Part shown: positions 1-8,774 of the stretch, one piece after another | How positions within the stretch are numbered: position 1 is the first letter of the stretch | How the letters are laid out: each line of letters starts with the position of its first letter | DNA from: a virus | Taxonomy: Duplodnaviria; Caudoviricetes | Reading direction: 5' to 3' (one strand) | DNA length: 64,000 bases | Virus record (IMG/VR): IMGVR_UViG_3300002307_000041 | Coordinates: 21,096-85,095 of that record | Position numbers and translations under genes: made by a program | Notes under the pieces: model-generated | What the model saw: the letters and a program-made list of their open reading frames with translations, nothing else | The model's database searches: none | Told to the model about the DNA's origin: nothing

Positions 1-972
1 GAAGCACTAGAAAGAGTCATTGGAGATCCTAATCCCAACAGTGTCTTAATTGAAAGTGAAGGAGCAGCCGCAGAAAATCAACGCGGTACTAAAGCAGATT
101 TGTTTATAACTATTGATGGAAAAAGGGAAAGATTATTAAGCCTTAAAGCCGGGGTAGTGCCTCAGGTAGGGCAAATGAGTGGGGCAGCTTTTGAAACTCT
201 CGAAGCATTCTTTAAAAGTGTGTTAGGGTTTGGGTTACCAGCAACTATGAATAATGAAAATGATTTTCCGCGAGATTCTAGACAAGCTGAAGTTAAAAAA
301 TATATTTTACAAAATGGATTTACAAAAGCCTATAAACACATCTATGAATCATTGAGATCTACATTAAGCGGAGATAACAATTATAAAGAATATAATTTTA
401 CTTCACAGGTTTTCAACGGACTGAAGCATCACGCTACTTTAGATGAAGATGTGCTAATCGTATATGTTACTCCGTCGGCTAATAGAGCATATATGGAAAT
501 ATCAATAGGTAAAGAATTACGTGAAGCGTTAGATCATTATGATCTACAGCCTCAATTATCGGGTACTACACTAAAGATAATTGGTGTTCCAAAAGATGAA
601 TTAGGAAAACAAATGAGTGAGGGCAAAACCTTAACTCTATTCCAACTGCGTTCATCAGTACAAGGAAACGCTCTAAGAAATGCAGTTGAGGTTGGAAAAC
701 TAGTTAAAGCGTTAGCCGATTTAGAGAAAATACGAGTACGCCGAGGCGAGAAAAAAGAAGAGCCTAAGTTAAAGGCAAAGCCTGCACCTGCACAACAGCA
801 GCAAGCAGCACAGCAAGCGCCTGTAGCAGCACAGCAGCAAGCACCTGCACAACAGCAGCAAGCAGCACAGCAAGCGCCTGTAGCAGCACAGCAGCAAGCA
901 GCGACCCCTCGTAACAAACAAAACCTAGATTTAAGTAGGTCTCCACTCACTGCTAAATGGATGTCTAGCTGA
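1..972 (+). CDS. 5'-truncated hypothetical protein; possible PD-(D/E)xK nuclease-like N-terminus, Gln/Ala/Pro-rich tail
   Basis: Frame 1 is open from base 1 (EALERVIG...GTKADLFITIDG...LLSLKAG) to TGA at 970-972; KAD...SLK spacing resembles restriction-nuclease-like folds. Confidence 0.6.
   Translation, partial: EALERVIGDPNPNSVLIESEGAAAENQRGTKADLFITIDGKRERLLSLKAGVVPQVGQMSGAAFETLEAFFKSVLGFGLPATMNNENDFPRDSRQAEVKKYILQNGFTKAYKHIYESLRSTLSGDNNYKEYNFTSQVFNGLKHHATLDEDVLIVYVTPSANRAYMEISIGKELREALDHYDLQPQLSGTTLKIIGVPKDELGKQMSEGKTLTLFQLRSSVQGNALRNAVEVGKLVKALADLEKIRVRRGEKKEEPKLKAKPAPAQQQQAAQQAPVAAQQQAPAQQQQAAQQAPVAAQQQAATPRNKQNLDLSRSPLTAKWMSS
784..897 (+). repeat. Perfect 57-bp tandem duplication encoding APAQQQQAAQQAPVAAQQQ x2
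   Basis: 784-840 is identical to 841-897. Confidence 0.95.
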
Positions 973-1006
973 TAAATAAACAGACACTATTATCAGGAGA
1001 GATCAT

Positions 1007-1630
1007 ATGTCTATCAGCAAACAACAAATGGCGGCGGCTTTACCGAAAGTTAAAGCAGAGAACATTGATAAATTCTACGAAGCACTATGCGATGCTATGG
1101 AAGAATTTGATATCGACCAGAACAATAAGCGTATAGCAGCATTTCTAGCTCAATGCGCCCACGAAAGCGGCAATTTAGCTGTATTACACGAAAACTTAAA
1201 TTACAAAGCAGAAGGTCTTACTAAGATCTTCCATAAGTATTTTCCAGATATGGAAACTGCTAGCGAATACGCACACAATCCAGAAAAGATCGCTAACCGT
1301 GTATATGCTAATCGCATGGGAAACGGTGACGAAGATAGCGGTGAAGGTTTTAAATATTGCGGACGCGGTCTTATACAGTTAACAGGCAAGCAAAACTATA
1401 CCTATTGTGGACAATCACTAGAAGTTGACTTGCTCGACGATCCGAGTTATTTAGAAACACCAGAGGGTGCTGCTCGTAGTGCTGCTTGGTTCTGGGATAG
1501 TCGCGATCTCAACGACCTAGCAGATGAAGGTGATATGAAGACTATCACTAAAAAGATCAACGGTGGATTTATTGGTCTAGAAGAGCGTATCGATAACTAC
1601 GAAACGGCTCTTGCAGCCTTGGGGGAGTAA
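1007..1630 (+). CDS. Endolysin, glycoside hydrolase family 19 (chitinase-like lysozyme)
   Basis: AAFLAQCAHESGNL, ENLNY, IANRVYANRMGNG, GRGLIQLTGKQNY motifs; SD AGGAGA. Confidence 0.93.
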   Translation: MSISKQQMAAALPKVKAENIDKFYEALCDAMEEFDIDQNNKRIAAFLAQCAHESGNLAVLHENLNYKAEGLTKIFHKYFPDMETASEYAHNPEKIANRVYANRMGNGDEDSGEGFKYCGRGLIQLTGKQNYTYCGQSLEVDLLDDPSYLETPEGAARSAAWFWDSRDLNDLADEGDMKTITKKINGGFIGLEERIDNYETALAALGE

Positions 1631-1632
1631 AA

Positions 1633-2121
1633 ATGTTCGGGTTTAGTGGCATAGGATTAAAGATCGCCATAGCAGCTATCCTGTTTTCAGTAATATCCGG
1701 TGGATATTTCTACATAAAACAGCAGCAAGCAGAACTCGAACTGGCCAAAGAAGTGCAGGCCAAGATGGAAGGTGTTATACAGAAGCAAGGACTTGCTATG
1801 GATAACATGAAAGCAGATGTTGAGCGTATGGGTCAGGTACAAACTGAGCTATCTAGCAAAGTTAACCAAGCACAAAAAGAAAACCAAGATCTTGCAAAGA
1901 AATTTACACAAGATGCAGCAGGCAACGAGCGTAACTTATCTGCCATGGCACAAGAAAAACCTAGTTTAGTTGAAGAGAAGATAAACAGAGGAAGCAAAGA
2001 TGCACTACGTTGCAACGAGCTTATCACCGGATCTCCTTTAACTGAAGATGAAGCTGCTGGAAAGGTTAGGAACAATATCTGTCCTACTCTATTGCCCAAA
2101 CCCGAGGTGAAAAAGAAATGA
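1633..2121 (+). CDS. Inner-membrane spanin (i-spanin)-like
   Basis: N-terminal TM helix, long coiled coil, C-terminal Cys pair; lies between endolysin and a lipoprotein gene. Confidence 0.72.
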   Translation: MFGFSGIGLKIAIAAILFSVISGGYFYIKQQQAELELAKEVQAKMEGVIQKQGLAMDNMKADVERMGQVQTELSSKVNQAQKENQDLAKKFTQDAAGNERNLSAMAQEKPSLVEEKINRGSKDALRCNELITGSPLTEDEAAGKVRNNICPTLLPKPEVKKK

Positions 2122-2489
2122 AGAAATTACTTTTAATACCGTTAATGTTTACACTAGCAGCTTGTGCGTCTGCAGGTCCTAAGGTTTTTGTAGCTCCTGA
2201 ACAGTTAGATAGAGCTAAATTTGTAGCTCCAGAAGTTGCACCAGCAGAACAAATGAATATCGAATGGACTATAATCACTAAAGATAATGTAAATGAAAAA
2301 ATAGCCCAATTACAAAAGAAAACAGGATCTGTTACATTTTTTGCACTTACAGCACAGGGATATCAAAATCTCAGTATAAATACCAGTGAATTGCGCAGAT
2401 ATATACAGCAGCAAAATGCAGTAATAGCAGCGTTAAAGAAATACTATGAAGCACCAGTAATAAAGGAACCAGCAAAAAATGGCCAGTGA
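2118..2489 (+). CDS. Outer-membrane spanin (o-spanin) lipoprotein
   Basis: Lipobox LAAC after hydrophobic leader; ATGA overlap with i-spanin. Confidence 0.72.
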   Translation: MKKLLLIPLMFTLAACASAGPKVFVAPEQLDRAKFVAPEVAPAEQMNIEWTIITKDNVNEKIAQLQKKTGSVTFFALTAQGYQNLSINTSELRRYIQQQNAVIAALKKYYEAPVIKEPAKNGQ

Positions 2490-3156
2490 TGACGTTGCTA
2501 CAGGGCACAATGTTAGATTAGAAGATGAAGAATGGACACCAAATCCAGATAAGCTAAAGCCAAAGCGTCCAAAAGATGCCGCGCCTGCTCCGGCTCCTGC
2601 AGCACCGTCTTATCCTACATACACAGCGCCAACTGCACCTAGTGCTCCTGTCACAACGCCAACACCTGCTCCAACACCTGCTCCAGTTCCAATTCCAGTT
2701 CCAGAACCTGTAGTTGTGCAAATAGCACCGCCTACTCCACAACCAGCATATGATCCAAATGCAGCAGTAAACTTTATGAATAACCAACAGAATTTCCAGC
2801 AGAGTCAAGCAACAGCGCAATATCAAGCACAGGCTAGTGTTGGGTTGGCGCAAACATCGCTCGACAAGGAAGTGCTTGAAAAACAGTTTGAAAAAGAAGA
2901 CGAACATTGGGTCAAGAGTTTCTGGCGTCCAGCCATGGGTTGGCTCTATATGTTGATATGCTTTATGGATTTCGTAGGATTTCCACTGCTAACTATCTTC
3001 TTACCAATTATCTTCAAGCCATTTGGATTAACTATGCCATATCAAGCTTGGCAAAGCCTAACACTTAGCAACGGTGGATTGATCCATCTAGCATTTGGTG
3101 CAATACTTGGCGTAAGCGCATTTACACGTGGTCAAGAAAAAATGGCAGGAAAATAA
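2479..3156 (+). CDS. Holin-like membrane protein (3TM/GTA-holin-like C-terminus) with Pro/Gln-rich N-terminal extension
   Basis: WRPAMGWLYM...HLAFGAILGVSAFTRGQEK membrane domain at the end of the lysis cassette. Confidence 0.65.
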   Translation: MASDDVATGHNVRLEDEEWTPNPDKLKPKRPKDAAPAPAPAAPSYPTYTAPTAPSAPVTTPTPAPTPAPVPIPVPEPVVVQIAPPTPQPAYDPNAAVNFMNNQQNFQQSQATAQYQAQASVGLAQTSLDKEVLEKQFEKEDEHWVKSFWRPAMGWLYMLICFMDFVGFPLLTIFLPIIFKPFGLTMPYQAWQSLTLSNGGLIHLAFGAILGVSAFTRGQEKMAGK

Positions 3157-3157
3157 G

Positions 3158-3186
3158 TTGACAGAGAGTTACAGGTATGCTATTCT
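3158..3186 (+). promoter_or_regulatory. Sigma70-type promoter
   Basis: TTGACA-17 nt-TATTCT with TGC upstream of the -10. Confidence 0.7.
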
Positions 3187-3214
3187 AAACAATAACAGAA
3201 AGAGCCTGTAACTT

Positions 3215-3505
3215 ATGACAGATCCTAATGCATTGCCAGAAATTGGCGGAGTCGGTGAGGTTACTTCTAGACCTGTACCTGGACGCGATCCTATGCCAGA
3301 GAAACCGTCTCCAATTCCATCTACTCCTGTTCCGCCTGCTAGTGAACCAGAAGAGTTAACGCTAGATGATTTAAAATTATCCCTAGTACTATTAGATGCT
3401 TGTGCTCAAAGAGGAGCATTTAAGATCGATGAATTTTCAGTCGTTGGTAAATTGCACGATAGAATGAATAGCTATATTGCTAGACAGGAAAACAAAAAAC
3501 CCTAA
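3215..3505 (+). CDS. Hypothetical protein
   Basis: Clean ORF after promoter; Pro-rich N-terminus and helical C-terminus (ACAQRGAFK). Confidence 0.7.
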   Translation: MTDPNALPEIGGVGEVTSRPVPGRDPMPEKPSPIPSTPVPPASEPEELTLDDLKLSLVLLDACAQRGAFKIDEFSVVGKLHDRMNSYIARQENKKP

Positions 3506-3720
3506 TGGCTAAAGAAGATACGTTTGAATTCAAAGGAAAAGTTACAGAAGTACTACCTAATAGTACATTTAGAGTAATTTTAGAAAATGATCATGAAATC
3601 ATCGCTTATGGTAGCGGCAAGATACGACAAAATAGGATTAGAATCATATTAGGAGATAAAGTAACTGTTGAAGTTAGTCCGTATGATCTTACTAAAGGTC
3701 GCATAACTTATAGGAACTAA
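3505..3720 (+). CDS. infA: Translation initiation factor IF-1
   Basis: MAKED...[15 protein letters not shown]...[34 protein letters not shown], full 71-aa IF-1 signature. Confidence 0.97.
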   Translation: MAKEDTFEFKGKVTEVLPNSTFRVILENDHEIIAYGSGKIRQNRIRIILGDKVTVEVSPYDLTKGRITYRN

Positions 3721-3722
3721 AT

Positions 3723-4562
3723 ATGAGTATGTATATTACTGAAATATCTATGCCTTATCACGACGAAACTGTAGGTACAAAAATAGCTAAAACCTTTGAT
3801 AAGTTTGCAGGACAACCTATTAGCCCAACGCAGATCGCAAACCATCTAAAGCGCATATTAGGCACTACTACTATTATCAGTATCCACAAAGGTGATGAAG
3901 TAGAATCTAATAGTATTGGGTTACAGGCATATTATGATCCTGATGAGGACGAAGATGAGGAAAAACCTTTCGAGTTAGTGTTAAATTTTAATAGAGCTGA
4001 TAAACAGGTCGTTATGGATATTAGCGAATGGCGAGAATTTGCATCACAGGTAATAGAATTTTTACAACACGAGATTATACATCAACAACAGTATCGTAGC
4101 AGAGACTTCATACAAAATCGCCCTTATCGCAGCAATGCTACAGACCCCCAACAAAAAGCAGCACAAGAGTATCAAGGAAATCCGGACGAAGTAGAAGCAT
4201 ATGCACATAATCTCGCTAGTGAGCTTTTGAGGAAGACACAGGGCAATACTGACCAGGTGTTACGCTTATTGCGTAATTTTTCTAGCACAGCAGTATCTAA
4301 GGATCAAGCTGGCAGATTATTAAGTCCTACCTTGTTTGGCTATTTCCAAGATTTTGGATTTAACACACAGCATCCTGTGCTTAAGAGTCTATTGAAGAAA
4401 ACCTATCAATATATAATGCTCAAGAAAAATGCAGCAGCAAGAGACACTCGGGTAGCCAACAGAAACGCTGAAATACAGCAGGCAACTGAAAATTTAAATA
4501 AGCGCCGAGAAATGCTTGACAAAATGCTAGGATCATCTTATACTACTATTATAGAAAAGTAA
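3723..4562 (+). CDS. HExxH zincin-like metallopeptidase-domain protein (likely start 3729)
   Basis: FLQHEIIHQQQ plus downstream EVEAY third-ligand motif; TAAATA 5 nt before ATG 3729. Confidence 0.6.
   Translation: MSMYITEISMPYHDETVGTKIAKTFDKFAGQPISPTQIANHLKRILGTTTIISIHKGDEVESNSIGLQAYYDPDEDEDEEKPFELVLNFNRADKQVVMDISEWREFASQVIEFLQHEIIHQQQYRSRDFIQNRPYRSNATDPQQKAAQEYQGNPDEVEAYAHNLASELLRKTQGNTDQVLRLLRNFSSTAVSKDQAGRLLSPTLFGYFQDFGFNTQHPVLKSLLKKTYQYIMLKKNAAARDTRVANRNAEIQQATENLNKRREMLDKMLGSSYTTIIEK
4516..4544 (+). promoter_or_regulatory. Sigma70-type promoter
   Basis: TTGACA-17 nt-TATACT. Confidence 0.75.
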
Positions 4563-4573
4563 AAGAGGTCGCT

Positions 4574-5296
4574 ATGAATATAGATACAATGCAGTCTATC
4601 GCACTTGCCGTAGCAGCATACCGACTTAACGGAAACTGTTATCTTAAAGATAATGTATGGGATACAGAAATGGTAAATGTAAAAGCATTTTCCAATAAAT
4701 CTATCCTACGTACTAATCTAAATGTAGACCATTATAGCAGCGATGCGAGTAATCAGCCTCCTATGTTAAATCTAACAAAAACTGACATGGAAGAAGCAGT
4801 TAAGATACGCGACTATACTAAGAAAAATCTCTTAAAATTATTAGCATTACAGCCGGGTGATCAACCTTCTTATGAAGTTAGCCTCTATCAGAAATTAAAT
4901 CAAAAAGAAATACACGCAGGTGATCTAGGATTTGTTGCTAGTGCTCCTATGTACTATTATAATAATAAAACTCGTGACGAAATTGAAGCTAGATTAGCTA
5001 AAAATGAGAGTCGATATGTTGGCTCATTAGGAGGCCGGGTAGTATTAGAAAATCTAGAAATCATACGTATTAGCTTTAGCATTAATTATCAAGGGTATGT
5101 AGTATCTGGTATTAGCGAAAATAATCTTTTCTTGTTCTTTTCTTCGAAAAATTTAGAATCTCTAAAAGTTGGAGATAAGATTTCAATCGTGGGCAAGGTT
5201 AAAGATCACCTTTTAGAAAAAGATAAGTATCCAATGACTAAGCTTAATTACGTCACTATTAAAGGAATGGAAAATGCGCCCACGATTACACCATGA
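4574..5296 (+). CDS. Hypothetical protein, possible C-terminal OB fold
   Basis: ORF with SD GAGG; beta-rich C-terminus (LKVGDKISIVGKVKDH...TKLNYV). Confidence 0.65.
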   Translation: MNIDTMQSIALAVAAYRLNGNCYLKDNVWDTEMVNVKAFSNKSILRTNLNVDHYSSDASNQPPMLNLTKTDMEEAVKIRDYTKKNLLKLLALQPGDQPSYEVSLYQKLNQKEIHAGDLGFVASAPMYYYNNKTRDEIEARLAKNESRYVGSLGGRVVLENLEIIRISFSINYQGYVVSGISENNLFLFFSSKNLESLKVGDKISIVGKVKDHLLEKDKYPMTKLNYVTIKGMENAPTITP

Positions 5297-5519
5297 ACAG
5301 ACAACCACAGTAACTTGTTCGGATAATGGAAAAAGCAGCAAAGCTGATGTTATCAGTTTCGTAGCAGAACAACGTCTAGTAGTAAGTCTGAATAAAACTA
5401 TTAAAATGGAAATGTCCTATAACCCTCGCAATAAACTATATGTTGCACATCAAACAGGATTAGAATTTGTTAGCAGCGGACCTGCTATCTTCGAAGTAGC
5501 CCAGTTTAAAAGGAGATAA
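5274..5519 (+). CDS. Hypothetical protein
   Basis: ORF tightly packed in operon. Confidence 0.6.
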   Translation: MRPRLHHEQTTTVTCSDNGKSSKADVISFVAEQRLVVSLNKTIKMEMSYNPRNKLYVAHQTGLEFVSSGPAIFEVAQFKRR

Positions 5520-5521
5520 CT

Positions 5522-5905
5522 ATGGCTTGGAAGGTTTCAACAATAGAAAAGAAGTCTTGTACTCAGATCGAGTATTTCAAGAAGGGTGAACTCACCGCAC
5601 AGCGAGAAATTGGTTGGCGTTGGTGTTGGGCTACTTACGAAGAAAAGCCGGATCTAGGTGATTATGATCCCGATAAGGATCAGATCGAACTGTACGAGAT
5701 GGGCGACATTATTGATATGGGACAAGACGACGGCTGTTGGGAAGAGTGGACGTGGCCCGAAGAAATCGACGAAGAGGAAGCCGAGCGCCTCGAAGAGATC
5801 TATAATGAAGAGTATGACGAAGGGCTTGAGAACGAAGGATGGACTTTAGATGATACTGAATATTGGGTCAGTGGTCCGTTAGAGGTAGAAGAAGTAGATG
5901 CTTGA
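5522..5905 (+). CDS. Highly acidic, Trp-rich hypothetical protein
   Basis: SD AGGAGA; strong D/E bias. Confidence 0.7.
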   Translation: MAWKVSTIEKKSCTQIEYFKKGELTAQREIGWRWCWATYEEKPDLGDYDPDKDQIELYEMGDIIDMGQDDGCWEEWTWPEEIDEEEAERLEEIYNEEYDEGLENEGWTLDDTEYWVSGPLEVEEVDA

Positions 5906-6302
5906 GTGTTTGATCTTAGGCGATAGTATCGCTGTTGGTACTCATCAATATAAGACTGACTGTGTGAAACTTGCTACAAGTGGATTTAGCTCTCTACAAT
6001 GGAATAGACGCTACAATAACACTATCTTATTCTCACAGCAGTTCAATTTTGTTGTAATTAGCTTAGGATCAAACGACTACGCAGCTATCAATACACGCAA
6101 AGAACTAGAAGAACTTAGGATAAAGATTGATAGCAAGCGTGTCTATTGGATATTGCCTGCTATTAAACCTGAGATACAACAAGTGGTTAGAGAGATAGCA
6201 TCTTTCCACGGTGATCGTATTATTAAGATACCTATTCTAGGAAGAGATGGGATACACCCAACTACTACTGGATACAAAAAAATAGCAGAGGAAGTAAAAT
6301 GA
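5898..6302 (+). CDS. SGNH/GDSL hydrolase-like protein
   Basis: [10 protein letters not shown] block I, SLGSND block III, DGIHP block V. Confidence 0.75.
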   Translation: MLECLILGDSIAVGTHQYKTDCVKLATSGFSSLQWNRRYNNTILFSQQFNFVVISLGSNDYAAINTRKELEELRIKIDSKRVYWILPAIKPEIQQVVREIASFHGDRIIKIPILGRDGIHPTTTGYKKIAEEVK

Positions 6303-6901
6303 ATTTAGTACCAATGGTAATCGAAAAAGAATCTGGCGGAGAACGTAGCTATGATATCTTTAGTCGCTTGCTTAAAGACAGGATTATAATGTTAGAAGGA
6401 CCCATCGAAGACCATACAAGTGGACTTATTTGTTCACAGCTATTGTTCTTAGAAAGTCAGAATCCGGCAAAGGATATCTATCTCTATATTAATAGTCCAG
6501 GTGGGGTTATTACTGCTGGTATGGCTATCTATGATACTATGCAGTTTATCAAACCAGATGTTTGCACTATCGTAATGGGGCAGGCGTGTAGCATGGGGTC
6601 ATTTTTAGCGCAAGCAGGTGCAACAGGAAAGCGTTGGTTGCTGCCTAACAGCAGACATATGATCCATCAACCTAGCGGTGGAGCTAGAGGTATGGCTAGT
6701 GATATCGAGATTAGCTATAAAGAAATCCAGTTTTGGAAAAATAGGTTGACAGAATTGTATGTTAAGCATAATACTGTAGGTAAGACTTATGATCACTTTG
6801 TAGCAGATATGGATCGAGATAAGTTTATGAGTGCAAACGAAGCAGTTGCTTATGGTCTAGCAGATAAGGTGATCGAGCGTCGAGACGATCTAGGAGAATA
6901 A
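6299..6901 (+). CDS. clpP: ATP-dependent Clp protease proteolytic subunit
   Basis: [41 protein letters not shown] (Ser), MIHQP (His), DRDKFMSA. Confidence 0.97.
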   Translation: MNLVPMVIEKESGGERSYDIFSRLLKDRIIMLEGPIEDHTSGLICSQLLFLESQNPAKDIYLYINSPGGVITAGMAIYDTMQFIKPDVCTIVMGQACSMGSFLAQAGATGKRWLLPNSRHMIHQPSGGARGMASDIEISYKEIQFWKNRLTELYVKHNTVGKTYDHFVADMDRDKFMSANEAVAYGLADKVIERRDDLGE

Positions 6902-6902
6902 A

Positions 6903-7451
6903 GTGAAAGTTTATATCGGCCGTTATCCAAGTAGTGCAGTTTCTAAACGTAGACCCGATGCTGAACAGGTAAAGCGTATACGCATAGATGCGTGGGATAC
7001 TTGGAATATGGCCGAAACTCTTGCTGAAATAATCTTACCTATGCTAACACAACTGAGAGATACTAAACACGGTAGTCCTGGAGACATACCCGCTTTCTCT
7101 GATGATAGCAATCACCAGTATCCTCAACTGTGTTTTGATTTTTATAAAAAAGATAATAAACTTGCTTGGGATCGTGGACATAAACAATTTGAAGATATCT
7201 TAGACAAAATGATCTGGAGTTTTGAGCAGATCTGCATAGAGGATAGGGATAGCCAGTTTCATAGCGGAACACACGACATTAAATGGGTTCCTGTACTAAA
7301 TGCACAAGGAGCCCCAACTGGAAATTCTAAGATGGTAAAGGGACCTAACGACACTGCAAAATTTGATTCGGTTAGTTATAAGATCTACTACGAAAAGATA
7401 CAAGAGGGGTTAGACCTTTTTGGAAAATATTATATGGGACTTTGGGATTAA
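6903..7451 (+). CDS. Conserved phage hypothetical protein
   Basis: GTG start; DTWNM..TLA.IILPML and EGLDLFGKYY..LWD pattern. Confidence 0.7.
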   Translation: MKVYIGRYPSSAVSKRRPDAEQVKRIRIDAWDTWNMAETLAEIILPMLTQLRDTKHGSPGDIPAFSDDSNHQYPQLCFDFYKKDNKLAWDRGHKQFEDILDKMIWSFEQICIEDRDSQFHSGTHDIKWVPVLNAQGAPTGNSKMVKGPNDTAKFDSVSYKIYYEKIQEGLDLFGKYYMGLWD

Positions 7452-7723
7452 TGATAAAGTTAAAATGGCACGGAGATTTACCAGAAAATCTTTCCGAGAT
7501 CGAGGAAACGGTTATTAAGGATTTAGAAAATATACACGACGACCTTGATGGAGATCCGAGTCCATTAATTTTCCATCACGTATTTTTAGAGAAGAATCAC
7601 AACGGACCATTAGTATTTGTGTGGGGTGAGTCGGGAGATAATGATCAATATCATTGTGAATATGATCCAAATCCAAAATGGGAAAGTATTAATTCACTTG
7701 ACAGCAACGAAGAATTAAGTTAG
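7442..7723 (+). CDS. Hypothetical acidic protein (likely start ATG 7451)
   Basis: ORF coupled to upstream stop. Confidence 0.55.
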   Translation: MGLMIKLKWHGDLPENLSEIEETVIKDLENIHDDLDGDPSPLIFHHVFLEKNHNGPLVFVWGESGDNDQYHCEYDPNPKWESINSLDSNEELS

Positions 7724-7726
7724 TAT
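7698..7726 (+). promoter_or_regulatory. Sigma70-type promoter for first tRNA pair
   Basis: TTGACA-17 nt-TAGTAT directly upstream of tRNA-Gly. Confidence 0.65.
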
Positions 7727-7742
7727 AAGTAATAATAGAGAC

Positions 7743-7816
7743 GCGGGGTTGGCATATGGGTTGTGCATCAGCCTTCCAAGCTGAAGAAAGGAGTTCGAAT
7801 CTCCTACCCCGCTCCA
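7743..7816 (+). tRNA. trnG: tRNA-Gly(TCC)
   Basis: Cloverleaf; anticodon arm TCAGC-CTTCCAA-GCTGA; TTCGAAT T-loop; encoded CCA. Confidence 0.93.
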
Positions 7817-7820
7817 AAGT

Positions 7821-7912
7821 GGTGAGATGGCCGAGAGGCTTAAGGCAACGGTTTGCTAAACCGTCGTACCTAGAAATGGGTACCCAGGGTTCGAATCCCT
7901 GTCTCACCGCCA
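7821..7912 (+). tRNA. trnS: tRNA-Ser(GCT)
   Basis: Long variable arm; ACGGT-TTGCTAA-ACCGT; CCA. Confidence 0.95.
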
Positions 7913-7937
7913 ACACTAAAAAAGTTTAAAATACCAG

Positions 7938-7968
7938 TTGACAAGAATATAAATATAATGTATAAATA
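7938..7968 (+). promoter_or_regulatory. Sigma70 promoter overlapping a TATAAATA late-promoter box
   Basis: TTGACA-17 nt-TATAAA(TA). Confidence 0.7.
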
Positions 7969-7986
7969 AAAGACAATAAGGAATAC

Positions 7987-8073
7987 GTGAGTTCAACAAT
8001 GTCAAAGCATATGAATCAAATTTGCAAATATAACCGTTGGTATGAAGATGCCAGGGGGGTTCTTGTACGTTGA
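7987..8073 (+). CDS. Putative attenuator leader peptide (M)SSTMSKHMNQICKYNRWYEDARGVLVR
   Basis: SD AAGGA at 7978-7982, GTG 7987 with in-frame ATG 7999, TGA 8071-8073; last codons form the 5' arm of a hairpin that competes with the terminator. Confidence 0.5.
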   Translation: MSSTMSKHMNQICKYNRWYEDARGVLVR

Positions 8074-8097
8074 TGTGAGACTCACATTTGTACTTTG

Positions 8098-8129
8098 AAC
8101 CCCGGGTTTAATTACTCCGGGGTTTTTTT
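8098..8129 (+). terminator. Rho-independent terminator (attenuator terminator)
   Basis: AACCCCGG(8098-8105)/CCGGGGTT(8117-8124) stem followed by a T-tract. Confidence 0.85.
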
Positions 8130-8150
8130 ATTGGTAAAGGAGGAAACAAA

Positions 8151-8309
8151 ATGAAGTGGCCTAAATTACTCAATGAAATGTATCAGGCTTGTTTAGCACA
8201 TGATACTATTAAAGAGAAGGAACTGTTTATGAAGGCTTTGAAAAAGAATATCAAAGCCCGTAATAAGCATAAGAAAGTCACAGTACCGCAAGTAACAGTG
8301 CGAGGCTGA
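8151..8309 (+). CDS. Small basic hypothetical protein (52 aa)
   Basis: Strong SD AAGGAGG; MKWPKLLNEMYQACLAHD...VRG*. Confidence 0.65.
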   Translation: MKWPKLLNEMYQACLAHDTIKEKELFMKALKKNIKARNKHKKVTVPQVTVRG

Positions 8310-8314
8310 ACGTA

Positions 8315-8521
8315 TAAACAGGCTGCTGCTCCCTAAGCATAAGAGCAGCCCTCGACCGGTACGTGGATCCAGATGGACGTACAAGTGGTTTCCGGCGAGG
8401 AGTATGTTGGAGGTATTTCTCCACAAACACATCGTGCCAATATGGTACTACCCTGTTATAAAGATACATAGTATCCTAGGGGCTGCTGTTCCGAGGGTGC
8501 GGAATACGGTGTGCTTATGCA
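8315..8521 (+). ncRNA. Unassigned structured ncRNA
   Basis: GC-rich; nested stems GCATAAG/CTTATGC, AGCAGCCC/GGGCTGCT, CCTCG/CGAGG, CCGG/CCGG, GTACGT/ACGTAC, TGGAG/CTCCA, GATAC/GTATC; no plus-strand ORF. Confidence 0.65.
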
Positions 8522-8531
8522 GAAATAATTT

Positions 8532-8608
8532 GGCCGCGTAGCTCAGTTGGTTAGAGTATTAGCCTGTCACGCTAAGGGTCGCCGGTTCGAGCCCGGTCGC
8601 GGTCGCCA
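8532..8608 (+). tRNA. trnD: tRNA-Asp(GTC)
   Basis: TTAGC-CTGTCAC-GCTAA; canonical D and T arms; CCA. Confidence 0.96.
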
Positions 8609-8614
8609 TACAAT

Positions 8615-8688
8615 ATCGGTGTAGTATAATGGTAGTGCAAGGGTCTCCAAAACCCTGAGCGTGGGTTCGATTCCTACCACCGGTGCCA
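8615..8688 (+). tRNA. trnW: tRNA-Trp(CCA)
   Basis: AGGGT-CTCCAAA-ACCCT; CCA. Confidence 0.93.
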
Positions 8689-8694
8689 AATTAA

Positions 8695-8769
8695 TGGCCC
8701 ATAGCTCAGGGGTAGAGCACAGTCCTGATAAGACTGGGGTCGGTGGTTCAATCCCACCTGGGCCAACCA
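8695..8769 (+). tRNA. trnI: tRNA-Ile(GAT)
   Basis: CAGTC-CTGATAA-GACTG; CCA. Confidence 0.95.
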
Positions 8770-8774
8770 TATAT

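Noticed and set aside
552-950. Cys/Ala-rich minus-strand ORFs (552-950, 764-946)
   Set aside because: Antisense shadows of the CAG/GCA repeat in the plus-strand gene; not RiPP precursors
2554-2907. Cys/Trp/Arg-rich minus ORF
   Set aside because: Antisense of the Pro-rich part of the holin gene
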